Assembly (NCBI GenBank): GCA_965205015.1
Contig: OZ242029.1
Span: forward strand, 3,936,001 to 4,000,000
DNA length: 64,000 bases
Reading direction: 5' to 3'
DNA from: Candidatus Poribacteria bacterium
GTDB lineage: Bacteria; Poribacteria; WGA-4E; WGA-3G
Shown here: piece after piece, positions 1-8,302 of the stretch
Position numbering within the stretch: position 1 is the stretch's first letter
Layout: each line of letters starts with the position of its first letter
Notes under the pieces: generated by a model
The model's input: only the letters and a program-made list of their open reading frames with translations
What the model was told of the DNA's origin: nothing
Databases searched by the model: none
Made by a program: the position numbers and the translations under genes

Positions 1-157
1 GGTAGTCTTCCTGAGATTCATCAACAACTCGCAGATACCCCTCGCGCGCCGCTTCTACGTCAGGTAAAATTTGGTAGAATTTCCGCTTCTCTATGTCTTC
101 ACAGTCTCCATTTTCGATGCAAAGCACGAATTGGATTTTTAACCGTTTCGTTTCCAT
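1..157 (-). CDS. Small hypothetical protein, 3' end beyond window
   Basis: Manual translation from ATG at 157: METKRLKIQFVLCIENGDCEDIEKRKFYQILPDVEAAREGYLRVVDESQEDY...; open to the window edge and starts 4 nt after the upstream stop. Confidence 0.7.
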   Translation of the reverse strand, partial: METKRLKIQFVLCIENGDCEDIEKRKFYQILPDVEAAREGYLRVVDESQEDY

Positions 158-161
158 AGCT

Positions 162-515
162 TTAGTAGTTGCCATAAAACTGAATACGGTTGCCTTCTGG
201 ATCGCGGATATCGAAAATGGCATGCCCCTCGTTGTTCTCAAGTTTCCGTAATCGTTTCCCTTTCGATTTTATGTGCTGATGAATGGCACTGACGCTTTCA
301 ACGTGAAACATCAGTTTCTGTCTGCCTTCGTTGGGTTTGCTGGCACTATGGAGACACAACGTACAAGCACCCGCGTTAAAACGGAAAAAGCGGTGTTCCG
401 GGAACGGTTGATCTTCGTCAGGCGTCAATCCGATGACATCCCTGTAAAAGGCGATGACAGTTTTCATGTCTTTGACAAAAAGCATAATGCCGCCCAGTTC
501 TATTGTGTTCTCCAT
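162..515 (-). CDS. VOC/glyoxalase family protein
   Basis: LFVKDM...FYRDVIG and IRDPEGNRIQF motifs; 117 aa. Confidence 0.85.
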   Translation of the reverse strand: MENTIELGGIMLFVKDMKTVIAFYRDVIGLTPDEDQPFPEHRFFRFNAGACTLCLHSASKPNEGRQKLMFHVESVSAIHQHIKSKGKRLRKLENNEGHAIFDIRDPEGNRIQFYGNY

Positions 516-532
516 TTTATGTGTTCTCCATT

Positions 533-1729
533 TTAGCGATCTAACTCACCGGCAATAACATTCAGACTTCCCAAGACAGCTACGGTATCCGAAACCATTC
601 CGCCCTCTAACATACGGGGGAGTGCTTGGAAGTGCAAGAAACTCGGCGGACGGATGCGGATGCGATAAGCCGTTCCGCTGCCATCACTGACGATATAAAA
701 TCCGAGTTCGCCGTTCGGTGACTCGGTTGCACAATAATGCTCACCCTTTGGCGTTTCCACGCCGTGCCCGTCCATAACAACTTTAAAGTGATGGATTAAG
801 CCCTCAATATGCCCATACGCATCGGACTTATTCGGCATCGTAATCTTGTTATCTTCGAGGTTGACGGGTCCGTCAGGCATGTTATCCAGGACTTGGGTAA
901 CGATACCACAACTCTGAATCATCTCCTCCATCCGGACAAGGTAGCGGTCGTAGGCATCGCCGTTGGTCCCAACTGGCACATCAAATGTGACTTCATCGTA
1001 ACTCGAATACGGTTCAGTCTTGCGTATATCATGTGCTACGCCGGTGGCTCGAAGGCAAGGACCTGTTAATCCGTAGCTTATGGCATCTTCAGAGGAAATA
1101 GGTCCGACCCCTTTTGTGCGGTCCATCCAGATACGGTTTCGTGTGAGGAGTGTATGCGTCTCCTTCAACGCCTTCGGGAAGTTATTGATGAATTCGCGTA
1201 TATCTTCTTCACACCCAGCATAGAGGTCGCGAAGCACACCGCCAATACGCGTATAACTGGTTGTTAACCGTGCGCCGGTCGTCTTTTCAAAGATGCTATA
1301 CAACTTCTCGCGTTCCCGGAAACTATAGAGGAATACAGAGAATGCCCCCAAGTCCAGGGCGGCAGTTCCCAACCATAAGAGGTGATCTGCGAGTCGTGAG
1401 AGCTCCGCCATCAATATACGGATGTATTGACACCGCTTTGGAACCTCAATGTCGAGCAACTGCTCGACAGCAAGCACATAGCCGAAATTGTTAGACAACG
1501 GCGACAGATAGTTCATCCGGTCGGTTACAACAATATACTGGTTGTAATCCAAGTGTTCACCGAGTTTCTCAAATCCGGTATGCAGGTAGCCGGCATGTGG
1601 GGTCGCCTTCAGAACGGATTCGCCATCAAGTTCCAACACGATACGGAGGGTGCCGTGCGTTGCCGGATGTTGCGGACCGAAGCTGAGGACCATCTTCTCA
1701 CCTGTGGCGCGTTCCAGCCCACCTTGCAT
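533..1729 (-). CDS. nuoD: NADH-quinone oxidoreductase subunit D
   Basis: FGPQHPATHGTLR, GYLHTGFEK, C-terminal GELDR. Confidence 0.97.
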   Translation of the reverse strand: MQGGLERATGEKMVLSFGPQHPATHGTLRIVLELDGESVLKATPHAGYLHTGFEKLGEHLDYNQYIVVTDRMNYLSPLSNNFGYVLAVEQLLDIEVPKRCQYIRILMAELSRLADHLLWLGTAALDLGAFSVFLYSFREREKLYSIFEKTTGARLTTSYTRIGGVLRDLYAGCEEDIREFINNFPKALKETHTLLTRNRIWMDRTKGVGPISSEDAISYGLTGPCLRATGVAHDIRKTEPYSSYDEVTFDVPVGTNGDAYDRYLVRMEEMIQSCGIVTQVLDNMPDGPVNLEDNKITMPNKSDAYGHIEGLIHHFKVVMDGHGVETPKGEHYCATESPNGELGFYIVSDGSGTAYRIRIRPPSFLHFQALPRMLEGGMVSDTVAVLGSLNVIAGELDR

Positions 1730-1745
1730 AAAATACTCCTTTTTT

Positions 1746-1886
1746 ATAGTTATCGGTTTTCGGTTATCAGTTTTCAGTTAAGAAGTGGGTTTGTAACGAC
1801 TTACTTATCCCTTAGTGGACCCCAGAGCCCTGTAAATTGTTACCAAAGGACTTCTTAACCGATGACCGACGACTGACAACTGACCA
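1746..1886. repeat. Long inverted-repeat element with heptamer-periodic arms
   Basis: Left arm tcggttt-tcggtta-tcagttt-tcagttaagaagt; right arm acttcttaaccga-tgaccga-cgactga-caactga; related copy at 6583-6720. Confidence 0.75.
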
Positions 1887-1896
1887 CCACTTTGTT

Positions 1897-2445
1897 TTAG
1901 GCATTCTGTTTATCAAAATTAAAGCGTTCGCGCTCGCCACGTCCGCGGAGTGGATAATCCTTTCGGAGCGGGTGTCCTTCAAAATCGTCCGGCATCAAAA
2001 TCCGGCGAAGATCGGGATGTCCCTCAAAATTGATACCGAACATGTCGTAGGTCTCACGCTCCAGCCAGTTCGCACCTTTCCACAAGGGGGCAACGGATGG
2101 GATGCTCAGATCGTTTTCATGGACAGGTACCTTGACTCGGAGGCGACATTGTCCCTGATAGGAATAGAGCTGATAGACCACCATGAACCGCGCATAGTCA
2201 AACTGCATCAACTCCGATTCCATCTGAGAATTGTCAACAGCGGTAACATCAACGAGAAAGGTATAGGCGAGTTCAGCATCCGTTTTCAGATACTCCAAAA
2301 CGGCGTAAGCCTGTTCTTTACGAACAACAACGACGGCAGTGCCGCGGATTTCGTCCTGTGCCAAGAGAGCATCTGCGTGATGTTCCTCTAATTTTTCAAG
2401 CACGAGGGGTTTCGACTGTTCTTCAACTTCTTTCTCTTCATTCAT
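1897..2445 (-). CDS. nuoC: NADH-quinone oxidoreductase subunit C
   Basis: [24 protein letters not shown]...[10 protein letters not shown]. Confidence 0.97.
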   Translation of the reverse strand: MNEEKEVEEQSKPLVLEKLEEHHADALLAQDEIRGTAVVVVRKEQAYAVLEYLKTDAELAYTFLVDVTAVDNSQMESELMQFDYARFMVVYQLYSYQGQCRLRVKVPVHENDLSIPSVAPLWKGANWLERETYDMFGINFEGHPDLRRILMPDDFEGHPLRKDYPLRGRGERERFNFDKQNA

Positions 2446-2951
2446 ACGACTGCCTCTACTCCCTTAGGTGAAGCACCACTGGTGATTTTCTGCTGCACCT
2501 GCATCACGGCATCGATGAGATCTTCAGGGCGTGGGGGACATCCGGGTATGTAAACATCCACAGGGATGAACTGATCAACGCCTTGGATGAGGGTATAGGT
2601 ATCAAATACACCGCCACAAGAAGCGCATGCGCCCATCGAGATCACCCATTTCGGATCCGGCATCTGGTCATAGATCCGTTTTAGCACCGGCATCATTTTG
2701 ATGGAAATCCTGCCGGAAACGATGAGCAGATCGGATTGGCGGGGTGAAAAGCGGATCGCTTCAGAACCAAAGCGAGAGAGATCGAATTTAGAAGCCAAGG
2801 TCGCCATCATCTCAATGGCGCAGCACGCTGTTCCGAACGGCATGGGCCACAACGAATTCTTACGTCCCCAGTTGACAACTTTATCTATACTCGTTGTGAT
2901 GATATTTCCATCCGTCTCGCCGACACCGCGTCCAACAAAATCTAATCCCAT
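2442..2951 (-). CDS. nuoB: NADH-quinone oxidoreductase subunit B
   Basis: [32 protein letters not shown]; start set at MGLDF, overlapping the nuoA stop. Confidence 0.96.
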   Translation of the reverse strand: MGLDFVGRGVGETDGNIITTSIDKVVNWGRKNSLWPMPFGTACCAIEMMATLASKFDLSRFGSEAIRFSPRQSDLLIVSGRISIKMMPVLKRIYDQMPDPKWVISMGACASCGGVFDTYTLIQGVDQFIPVDVYIPGCPPRPEDLIDAVMQVQQKITSGASPKGVEAVV

Positions 2952-3310
2952 GTTAAGCCTCCTTTCTTCCAAGCATAGATATAGCCGAGAAGAAGAATAC
3001 CGATAAACACCAGCATTTCAATTAAAATAAATAAACCACTCGTTTCAGAGAATTTCTTGAAGACCACTGCCCACGGATAGAGGAACACCACCTCAATATC
3101 GAAGATGATAAAGAGCATCGCGACGAGGTCAAACCGAATTGTAAAGCGTTGTCTCGCATCGCCGACGGGGCGGACACCAGATTCGTAAACGGAGAGTTTA
3201 ACGCGGGTCGGGCGTTTGGGTCCAAGAATATGGGTTAGGGCGAGATTAATACCCGCAAAGAGGACTGCGAAGAGTCCTAACAACAAGATCGGAAGATAAT
3301 CTATTAACAT
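2942..3310 (-). CDS. nuoA: NADH-quinone oxidoreductase subunit A
   Basis: [27 protein letters not shown]; three TM segments. Confidence 0.96.
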   Translation of the reverse strand: MLIDYLPILLLGLFAVLFAGINLALTHILGPKRPTRVKLSVYESGVRPVGDARQRFTIRFDLVAMLFIIFDIEVVFLYPWAVVFKKFSETSGLFILIEMLVFIGILLLGYIYAWKKGGLTWD

Positions 3311-3505
3311 TGTTTCTAATCTATTTCGTCCTCACACATCTTAATATTGGCTCACGAACTTTGCCAAAGTTAAAAGTTAATGCAGACTCAGAAACACAAT
3401 TTTCTAATATGCTTAATAGTTTCTCATATTTCAAAAACATTGTCAAGTTTTTTTTAGAAAAAATATAAAGTGTTACGAATTCTCCAGAGCCAATCAATCC
3501 TGTGT

Positions 3506-4261
3506 CTAAAACTTTTTCAATTGTCCCCACACCGTCGTGAGTTTTCCGCCAGGTGTTACGGCGAGTCCACCGTTGTTCGGAACACTATCGCCGGTGACAG
3601 TAATGTTATCAAAGAGTGCCGTGTAATTTGCAAGCCCCACACCGACCCCACCTGTCGAAAAGCCAATAAGTTTACCTGCTTTTGTCTTAATTTTTTGACC
3701 CTTATGCATCAGATCGAAATCATCTCCGGTTTCCGCAATTTTCTTATTATTTAACCAAAAAATGAAGTTTTTACTCTTAACACTTAACTTTAGATGCGAC
3801 CACTTGTTCAATCTTAAAAGCGGATGGGATTCAAAGTAGAGGACTATAAATTCTGCCTCGTGCATATCGCCCTTCACACAACTCAAAAATGATCCGAGGA
3901 GGGGATTGTCGTTACCCAGGAACACTGGGTCCGCAACACTACAGTAGAATAACACACTTCCCTTAACCCTCGCTGCAATTGCTATAGCACCCCTACCGTG
4001 TTTTTGCAGTGGCTTGACCTCAAATTCTATAGTGTAATCCTCCCATGTTTCATTACCTGTTGTGAGTAGGCGCAGCGTCGGATCAGGACTTACGGCGTGG
4101 AGTTCATCATTGATGATCTCCCAGGAACCGGGTCCCTCCCTTAACTGGACCAGTTCCTGCCATCCTTCCAAGTCTCCGTCATCAAAGGTTTCCTGAAACG
4201 TTCCTGCCCATCCAGGGAAAGAGATGAGAAAAAATGTTGCGACAAGGCATGTCAATTTCAT
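3506..4261 (-). CDS. Secreted DUF1080/concanavalin-like beta-sandwich protein with C-terminal AVTPGGKLTTVWGQLKK tail
   Basis: Signal peptide, ETFDDG start, WEDYTIEFEVK, FDNITVTG end motif. Confidence 0.75.
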   Translation of the reverse strand: MKLTCLVATFFLISFPGWAGTFQETFDDGDLEGWQELVQLREGPGSWEIINDELHAVSPDPTLRLLTTGNETWEDYTIEFEVKPLQKHGRGAIAIAARVKGSVLFYCSVADPVFLGNDNPLLGSFLSCVKGDMHEAEFIVLYFESHPLLRLNKWSHLKLSVKSKNFIFWLNNKKIAETGDDFDLMHKGQKIKTKAGKLIGFSTGGVGVGLANYTALFDNITVTGDSVPNNGGLAVTPGGKLTTVWGQLKKF

Positions 4262-4378
4262 TGGAAATTTTCTCCGTTTCTTGATCTATTATCCGAGTGG
4301 TTAAAGTGTAATAGGAATCTACAAGAAAGGTCAAGTGATTTTCGAGATTTCTCTGAGGTGTCTAACGAAATGTCAAAT

Positions 4379-5023
4379 TTATGGCGACAAGCGTTTCATC
4401 TCCCATGTTCCATCGGATTGGAGCGTATAGCAGAGTCGATCATGAAGGCGGTTTGGACACCCTTGCCAGAACTCAAACAGGTTCGGTATGAGTCGGTACC
4501 CCCCCCAATGGGATGGACGTGGAATGGTATCCTGTGAATACGTGTGCTCCGCTCGTTGGAACCCCTCTGTGAGATGTTCTCGTCCTTCAATGACAAGACT
4601 CTGGCGTTCTGCCCACACGGCGAGTTGACTGCTTAGAGGGCGACTGGCGAAGTAAGCATCCGATTCCTCCGCTGTCATCTTTTCAACAATTCCGGTACTG
4701 CGGACCTGTCGATCGAGTTCACGCCAATAGAATACCAACGCGGCGTTCGGATTCTCAGCGAGTTCTTTTCCTTTTTGGCTTCCGTAATCGGTGTAGAAAC
4801 AGAAACCGCTCGCATCGAAGCCTCTGAGGACCACCATTCGAGCAGATGGAACCCCTTGCGGCGTTGCTGTTGCTAACGTCATCGCATCCGGTAGGTCGAG
4901 TTGAGCGGCAGTCGCATCTGCGAACCACCTCTCAAATTGTTCAAACGGATCGGACGAAGTGTTCTCTTCAAGCAGGTGTCCGCTATCTGCTCTATACTCT
5001 CGGCGTAGTTTATCAGTATTCAT
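4379..5023 (-). CDS. pdxH: Pyridoxamine 5'-phosphate oxidase
   Basis: LRREY, AMTLATA, PSARMV, RPSHWGGY, FEFWQG..NRLHDR. Confidence 0.96.
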   Translation of the reverse strand: MNTDKLRREYRADSGHLLEENTSSDPFEQFERWFADATAAQLDLPDAMTLATATPQGVPSARMVVLRGFDASGFCFYTDYGSQKGKELAENPNAALVFYWRELDRQVRSTGIVEKMTAEESDAYFASRPLSSQLAVWAERQSLVIEGREHLTEGFQRAEHTYSQDTIPRPSHWGGYRLIPNLFEFWQGCPNRLHDRLCYTLQSDGTWEMKRLSP

Positions 5024-5026
5024 GAA

Positions 5027-5054
5027 GTAGTAGGCACACTCCGACGTGCCGTAA
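5027..5054 (+). repeat. GTAG-type REP palindrome (intergenic)
   Basis: GTAGTAGGCACACTCCGACGTGCCGTAA; 25/28 identical to the copy inside gcvT. Confidence 0.75.
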
Positions 5055-5072
5055 TCAAATTATCGCGATGCT

Positions 5073-6578
5073 TTACCTTTTCCAAAAATTCGGTGAAAAG
5101 AGGATCAGCACGGTATAAAGTTCTAAACGTCCCAGTAACATACAGAAGACCAGAACAAATTTTCCAACTGTATGGATATGGGCGTAGTTATCAGCGGGGC
5201 CCACACTGCCGAGACCGGGTCCGATGTTTCCCAGTGTAGCGATTGTCGCCCCTGCGGCGCTCACAAGGTCAAGTCCTAAAATTGACATAATGCACGTTAC
5301 AATCGCAAAAATCCCGATGAAAAAGAAAAAGAAACCGAGGACATTTGTCATTACTTCGGGGGGGACGACTCGATCGTTAACGCGGATCGGCAGCACTGCA
5401 TGTGGGAAGAGGAGGCGTTTGATTTCGGCACGACTCTGTTTAATGAGGAGTAGGAACCGAACCTGCTTCATCCCGCCGCCGGTGGAACCGGCACACCCCC
5501 CGTAGAACATAAGTGTCACCAATATGAATTGGGAGAGGGCGGGCCACTGTTCAAAGTCAGCAGTCCCGTAGCCAGTAGTCGTGATGATAGACATGACCTG
5601 AAACGTAGCATAGCGTAGCGAGGTCCACATTGAATCGTAAGGGATATCCCCATCGACTTGAAACCTGATTGTATTCCATGAAATTAGGGTGATACTCACT
5701 GCGATAACGATACAGTAGAATTTGAATTCTGTATCTTGGAGATAGGCTTTGACATCGCCCCGGAGGGCGCGATAATGGAGTGCGAAGTTGGTTCCAGCGA
5801 GAAACATAAAAAAACTGATAACCATGTCAACATAAACACTATTATAGTGTCCAATGCTCTGGTTTTTCGTCGAAAACCCACCGGTCGCCATCGTACCAAA
5901 GGTGTGGCAGAGTGCGTCAAAGAGGGACATGCCGCCGAGCATGAGTAGCACTGTTTCTAAAAGAGAGAGCAGGAGATAAACGCCCCAGAGAAGTTTAGCG
6001 GTTTGTGCGATACGGGGGGTGAGTCGGTCGGTCTGTGGTCCGGGAGCCTCGGCGCGAAAAAGCTGCATACCCCCGATGCCGAGCATTGGAAGAATCGCGA
6101 CAGCAAGGACGACGATTCCCATTCCGCCGAGCCAGTGGGACAGGCTCCGCCAAAAGAGCATGGCGTGTGAAAGATGCTCGATTTCGGTGAGGACGGTGGC
6201 ACCTGTGGTCGAGAACCCCGCCATGGATTCAAAATAACAGAAGGAAAACTCTGTCCACGCTGAGCGACTCTCACTGTGAAATACATCTGCGAAGATATAG
6301 GGGAGCGAACCGAAAAGGGCGACTGTCACCCATCCCAAAGCGACAACTGCGAAGCCGTCGCGTATGCCGAGTTCTTGCTGTCGGGCGCGAATACTAAAAC
6401 GGAGCACCAAACCGACAATTAGGGTGAGTATTGTCGAGATGACGAACGCTGTCAAATTGCTCTCAGTTTCACCTGCCCTTGCTTGGTAATAGATAGCCAC
6501 TCCTAAAGGAAGCAGCATCGTTCCGGCGAGACAAATAAGTAAATTACCAAGCGTATAAGCGATTAATTTAAGACTCAT
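5073..6578 (-). CDS. trkH: Trk potassium uptake membrane protein
   Basis: GFSTTGAT, WLGGMG, ATGGFS, TTTGYG, GSTGGGMK, GNIGPG, GRLE motifs. Confidence 0.96.
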   Translation of the reverse strand: MSLKLIAYTLGNLLICLAGTMLLPLGVAIYYQARAGETESNLTAFVISTILTLIVGLVLRFSIRARQQELGIRDGFAVVALGWVTVALFGSLPYIFADVFHSESRSAWTEFSFCYFESMAGFSTTGATVLTEIEHLSHAMLFWRSLSHWLGGMGIVVLAVAILPMLGIGGMQLFRAEAPGPQTDRLTPRIAQTAKLLWGVYLLLSLLETVLLMLGGMSLFDALCHTFGTMATGGFSTKNQSIGHYNSVYVDMVISFFMFLAGTNFALHYRALRGDVKAYLQDTEFKFYCIVIAVSITLISWNTIRFQVDGDIPYDSMWTSLRYATFQVMSIITTTGYGTADFEQWPALSQFILVTLMFYGGCAGSTGGGMKQVRFLLLIKQSRAEIKRLLFPHAVLPIRVNDRVVPPEVMTNVLGFFFFFIGIFAIVTCIMSILGLDLVSAAGATIATLGNIGPGLGSVGPADNYAHIHTVGKFVLVFCMLLGRLELYTVLILFSPNFWKR

Positions 6579-6582
6579 TTTA

Positions 6583-6720
6583 ATAGTTATCAGTCGTCGG
6601 TTCGGTTTTTCTACGAAAAACCTTTCAGTTTTCAGTAAGAGGTTTCTTTTAACAAAAGTCTCTTATAACTGACAACCGAGAACTATTCCTCCGATAATTG
6701 ACGACTGGCGACTGGCAACC
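6583..6720. repeat. Heptamer-armed inverted-repeat element, second copy
   Basis: tagttatcagtcgtcgg...tcagttttcagtaagag / ctcttataactgacaaccga...gactggcgactggcaacc. Confidence 0.7.
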
Positions 6721-6722
6721 CT

Positions 6723-8129
6723 TTAGTCTCTTCGTTCCGCGAACAAGTCTTCAACAATTGGAATCGCGTCAGGCATGCTAAAGACGATAACGCGGTCTGC
6801 GGGTTGGATAACAGACTGTCCGGTTGGAATAATGAGTTTCTCCCGTCGAATGACGGCACCGATAAAGGCATTTTCTGGGAATTTCGTTTTGAAAGAGATG
6901 AGTTCCTTGTGGACAATTTTCGCGTTGACGCCAGCGACGATCTCAATAACTTCCGCATCTATTCCGTGGAGCGATGCAACAGAAACTATGTTTCCACGAC
7001 GGATGAGCCGCAGGATATTGCTAACGACTGTGAGATGCCTACTGACCGCGCCATCGAGGCGTGGAATACGTGCCAACAAGGGGAGATAACGGGGACGCTG
7101 CACGAGGGCAAGCACGCGCTGGGCACCATTTTCTTTGGCAGTCATACATGCCATAATATCGTTTTCATCGTCCCCTGTAACGGAAACGAATCCGTTAACA
7201 CCCTCTATACCTGCTTCTTCAAGGAGTCTGAATTGAAGATAATCGCCTTGCAAAACGGTGGTATGTTTTAGCATTTGGGATGCGAGTCGTGCTTGTGTTG
7301 GATCGGCTTCAATGAGTTTGACGTTGGTGTCGTTTTCTTCGAGCGCACGTGCGAGTCCAATCCCGATGGGACTCGCCCCCACAATGATAACACGGTCCAG
7401 CTGCTGGTTAAATGTGATACCACTAATACGTAATAATTGCTCAACTGCCAACGAACTGCCGATCACAAATGCCTCATCGCCTTGTCGTAAGGCATCGGTC
7501 CCTCTCGGAATGATAATGTGCCTGTTGCTATTGCTGATGGGATTGCCGTTATTGGAGCTTCCCCGACGACTAATAGCGGCAAAGCGGATATCGGCGAGAA
7601 GGCCACTTGCATCTAACTCCGCGAGCGATTTTCCTATTAAGGGATTTGACTGTCTGGCACGAAAGGAGACGAGTTGGACTTTTCCGTCTTCAAAGTCGAC
7701 AATCTCCCGTGCCTCCGGTATCTGCAAGAGGCGCACAAATTCAGCAACGCAGCGTTGCTCTGGACTCACCAGTAGATCGATACCGAAGTCTTTAGGTGTG
7801 AGTCCACTCTCTGTGGAAAAGTAGTCAGGACTTGAGACGCGGGCGATTTTTGTGTTAACGCTGTATCTGTCAGCTATCTGACAAGCGAGCATATTAATCT
7901 CATCGCTATTTGTAACAGCAATCAGAAGGTCGGCTTCCTCAATCCCTGCGGTTTTGAGAAGGCGCGGGGAGGCTCCCGGTCCGTGCAGCGTTTGCAAGTC
8001 CAATTGTTCATTCACTCGGTCACAGGCAGCAGTGGACTCATCAATGAGAACAACATCGTTATCTTGGACGGTGAGAAGCTTGGCAATATGGAACCCAACC
8101 TCTCCTGCCCCTATAATTATCGCTTTCAT
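6723..8129 (-). CDS. trkA: Trk potassium uptake NAD-binding subunit
   Basis: IIIGAGEVG, AVTNSDEIN; two RCK N/C pairs; adjacent to trkH. Confidence 0.96.
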   Translation of the reverse strand: MKAIIIGAGEVGFHIAKLLTVQDNDVVLIDESTAACDRVNEQLDLQTLHGPGASPRLLKTAGIEEADLLIAVTNSDEINMLACQIADRYSVNTKIARVSSPDYFSTESGLTPKDFGIDLLVSPEQRCVAEFVRLLQIPEAREIVDFEDGKVQLVSFRARQSNPLIGKSLAELDASGLLADIRFAAISRRGSSNNGNPISNSNRHIIIPRGTDALRQGDEAFVIGSSLAVEQLLRISGITFNQQLDRVIIVGASPIGIGLARALEENDTNVKLIEADPTQARLASQMLKHTTVLQGDYLQFRLLEEAGIEGVNGFVSVTGDDENDIMACMTAKENGAQRVLALVQRPRYLPLLARIPRLDGAVSRHLTVVSNILRLIRRGNIVSVASLHGIDAEVIEIVAGVNAKIVHKELISFKTKFPENAFIGAVIRREKLIIPTGQSVIQPADRVIVFSMPDAIPIVEDLFAERRD

Positions 8130-8131
8130 CC

Positions 8132-8217
8132 TTTAATTTTACCTTGCGGTTAAATAACGTGCGTTAGAACTATCAAATACGTTTCTTATATCCGCCCTCC
8201 ATTACATTACGGGCTAC
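8132..8217 (-). repeat. ~86-bp element abutting the trkA start; paralog at 46591-46676
   Basis: Identical 18-mer tttaattttaccttgcgg, plus a ctccattacattac/ctccatttcatttc block 65 bp further in both copies. Confidence 0.7.
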
Positions 8218-8239
8218 GGGTTTTGTTTTATGTAGGATA

Positions 8240-8297
8240 GGGCTTACGCATTTTTTCAGTGTATAAGTCCGATACTGGTTTAGCTTGCGTAAATCCC
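8240..8297. repeat. Short MITE-like element with GG(G/A)(C/T)TTACGCA inverted ends
   Basis: gggcttacgca ... tgcgtaaatccc, 9/11 inverted match; single copy in window. Confidence 0.45.
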
Positions 8298-8302
8298 AAT
8301 GT

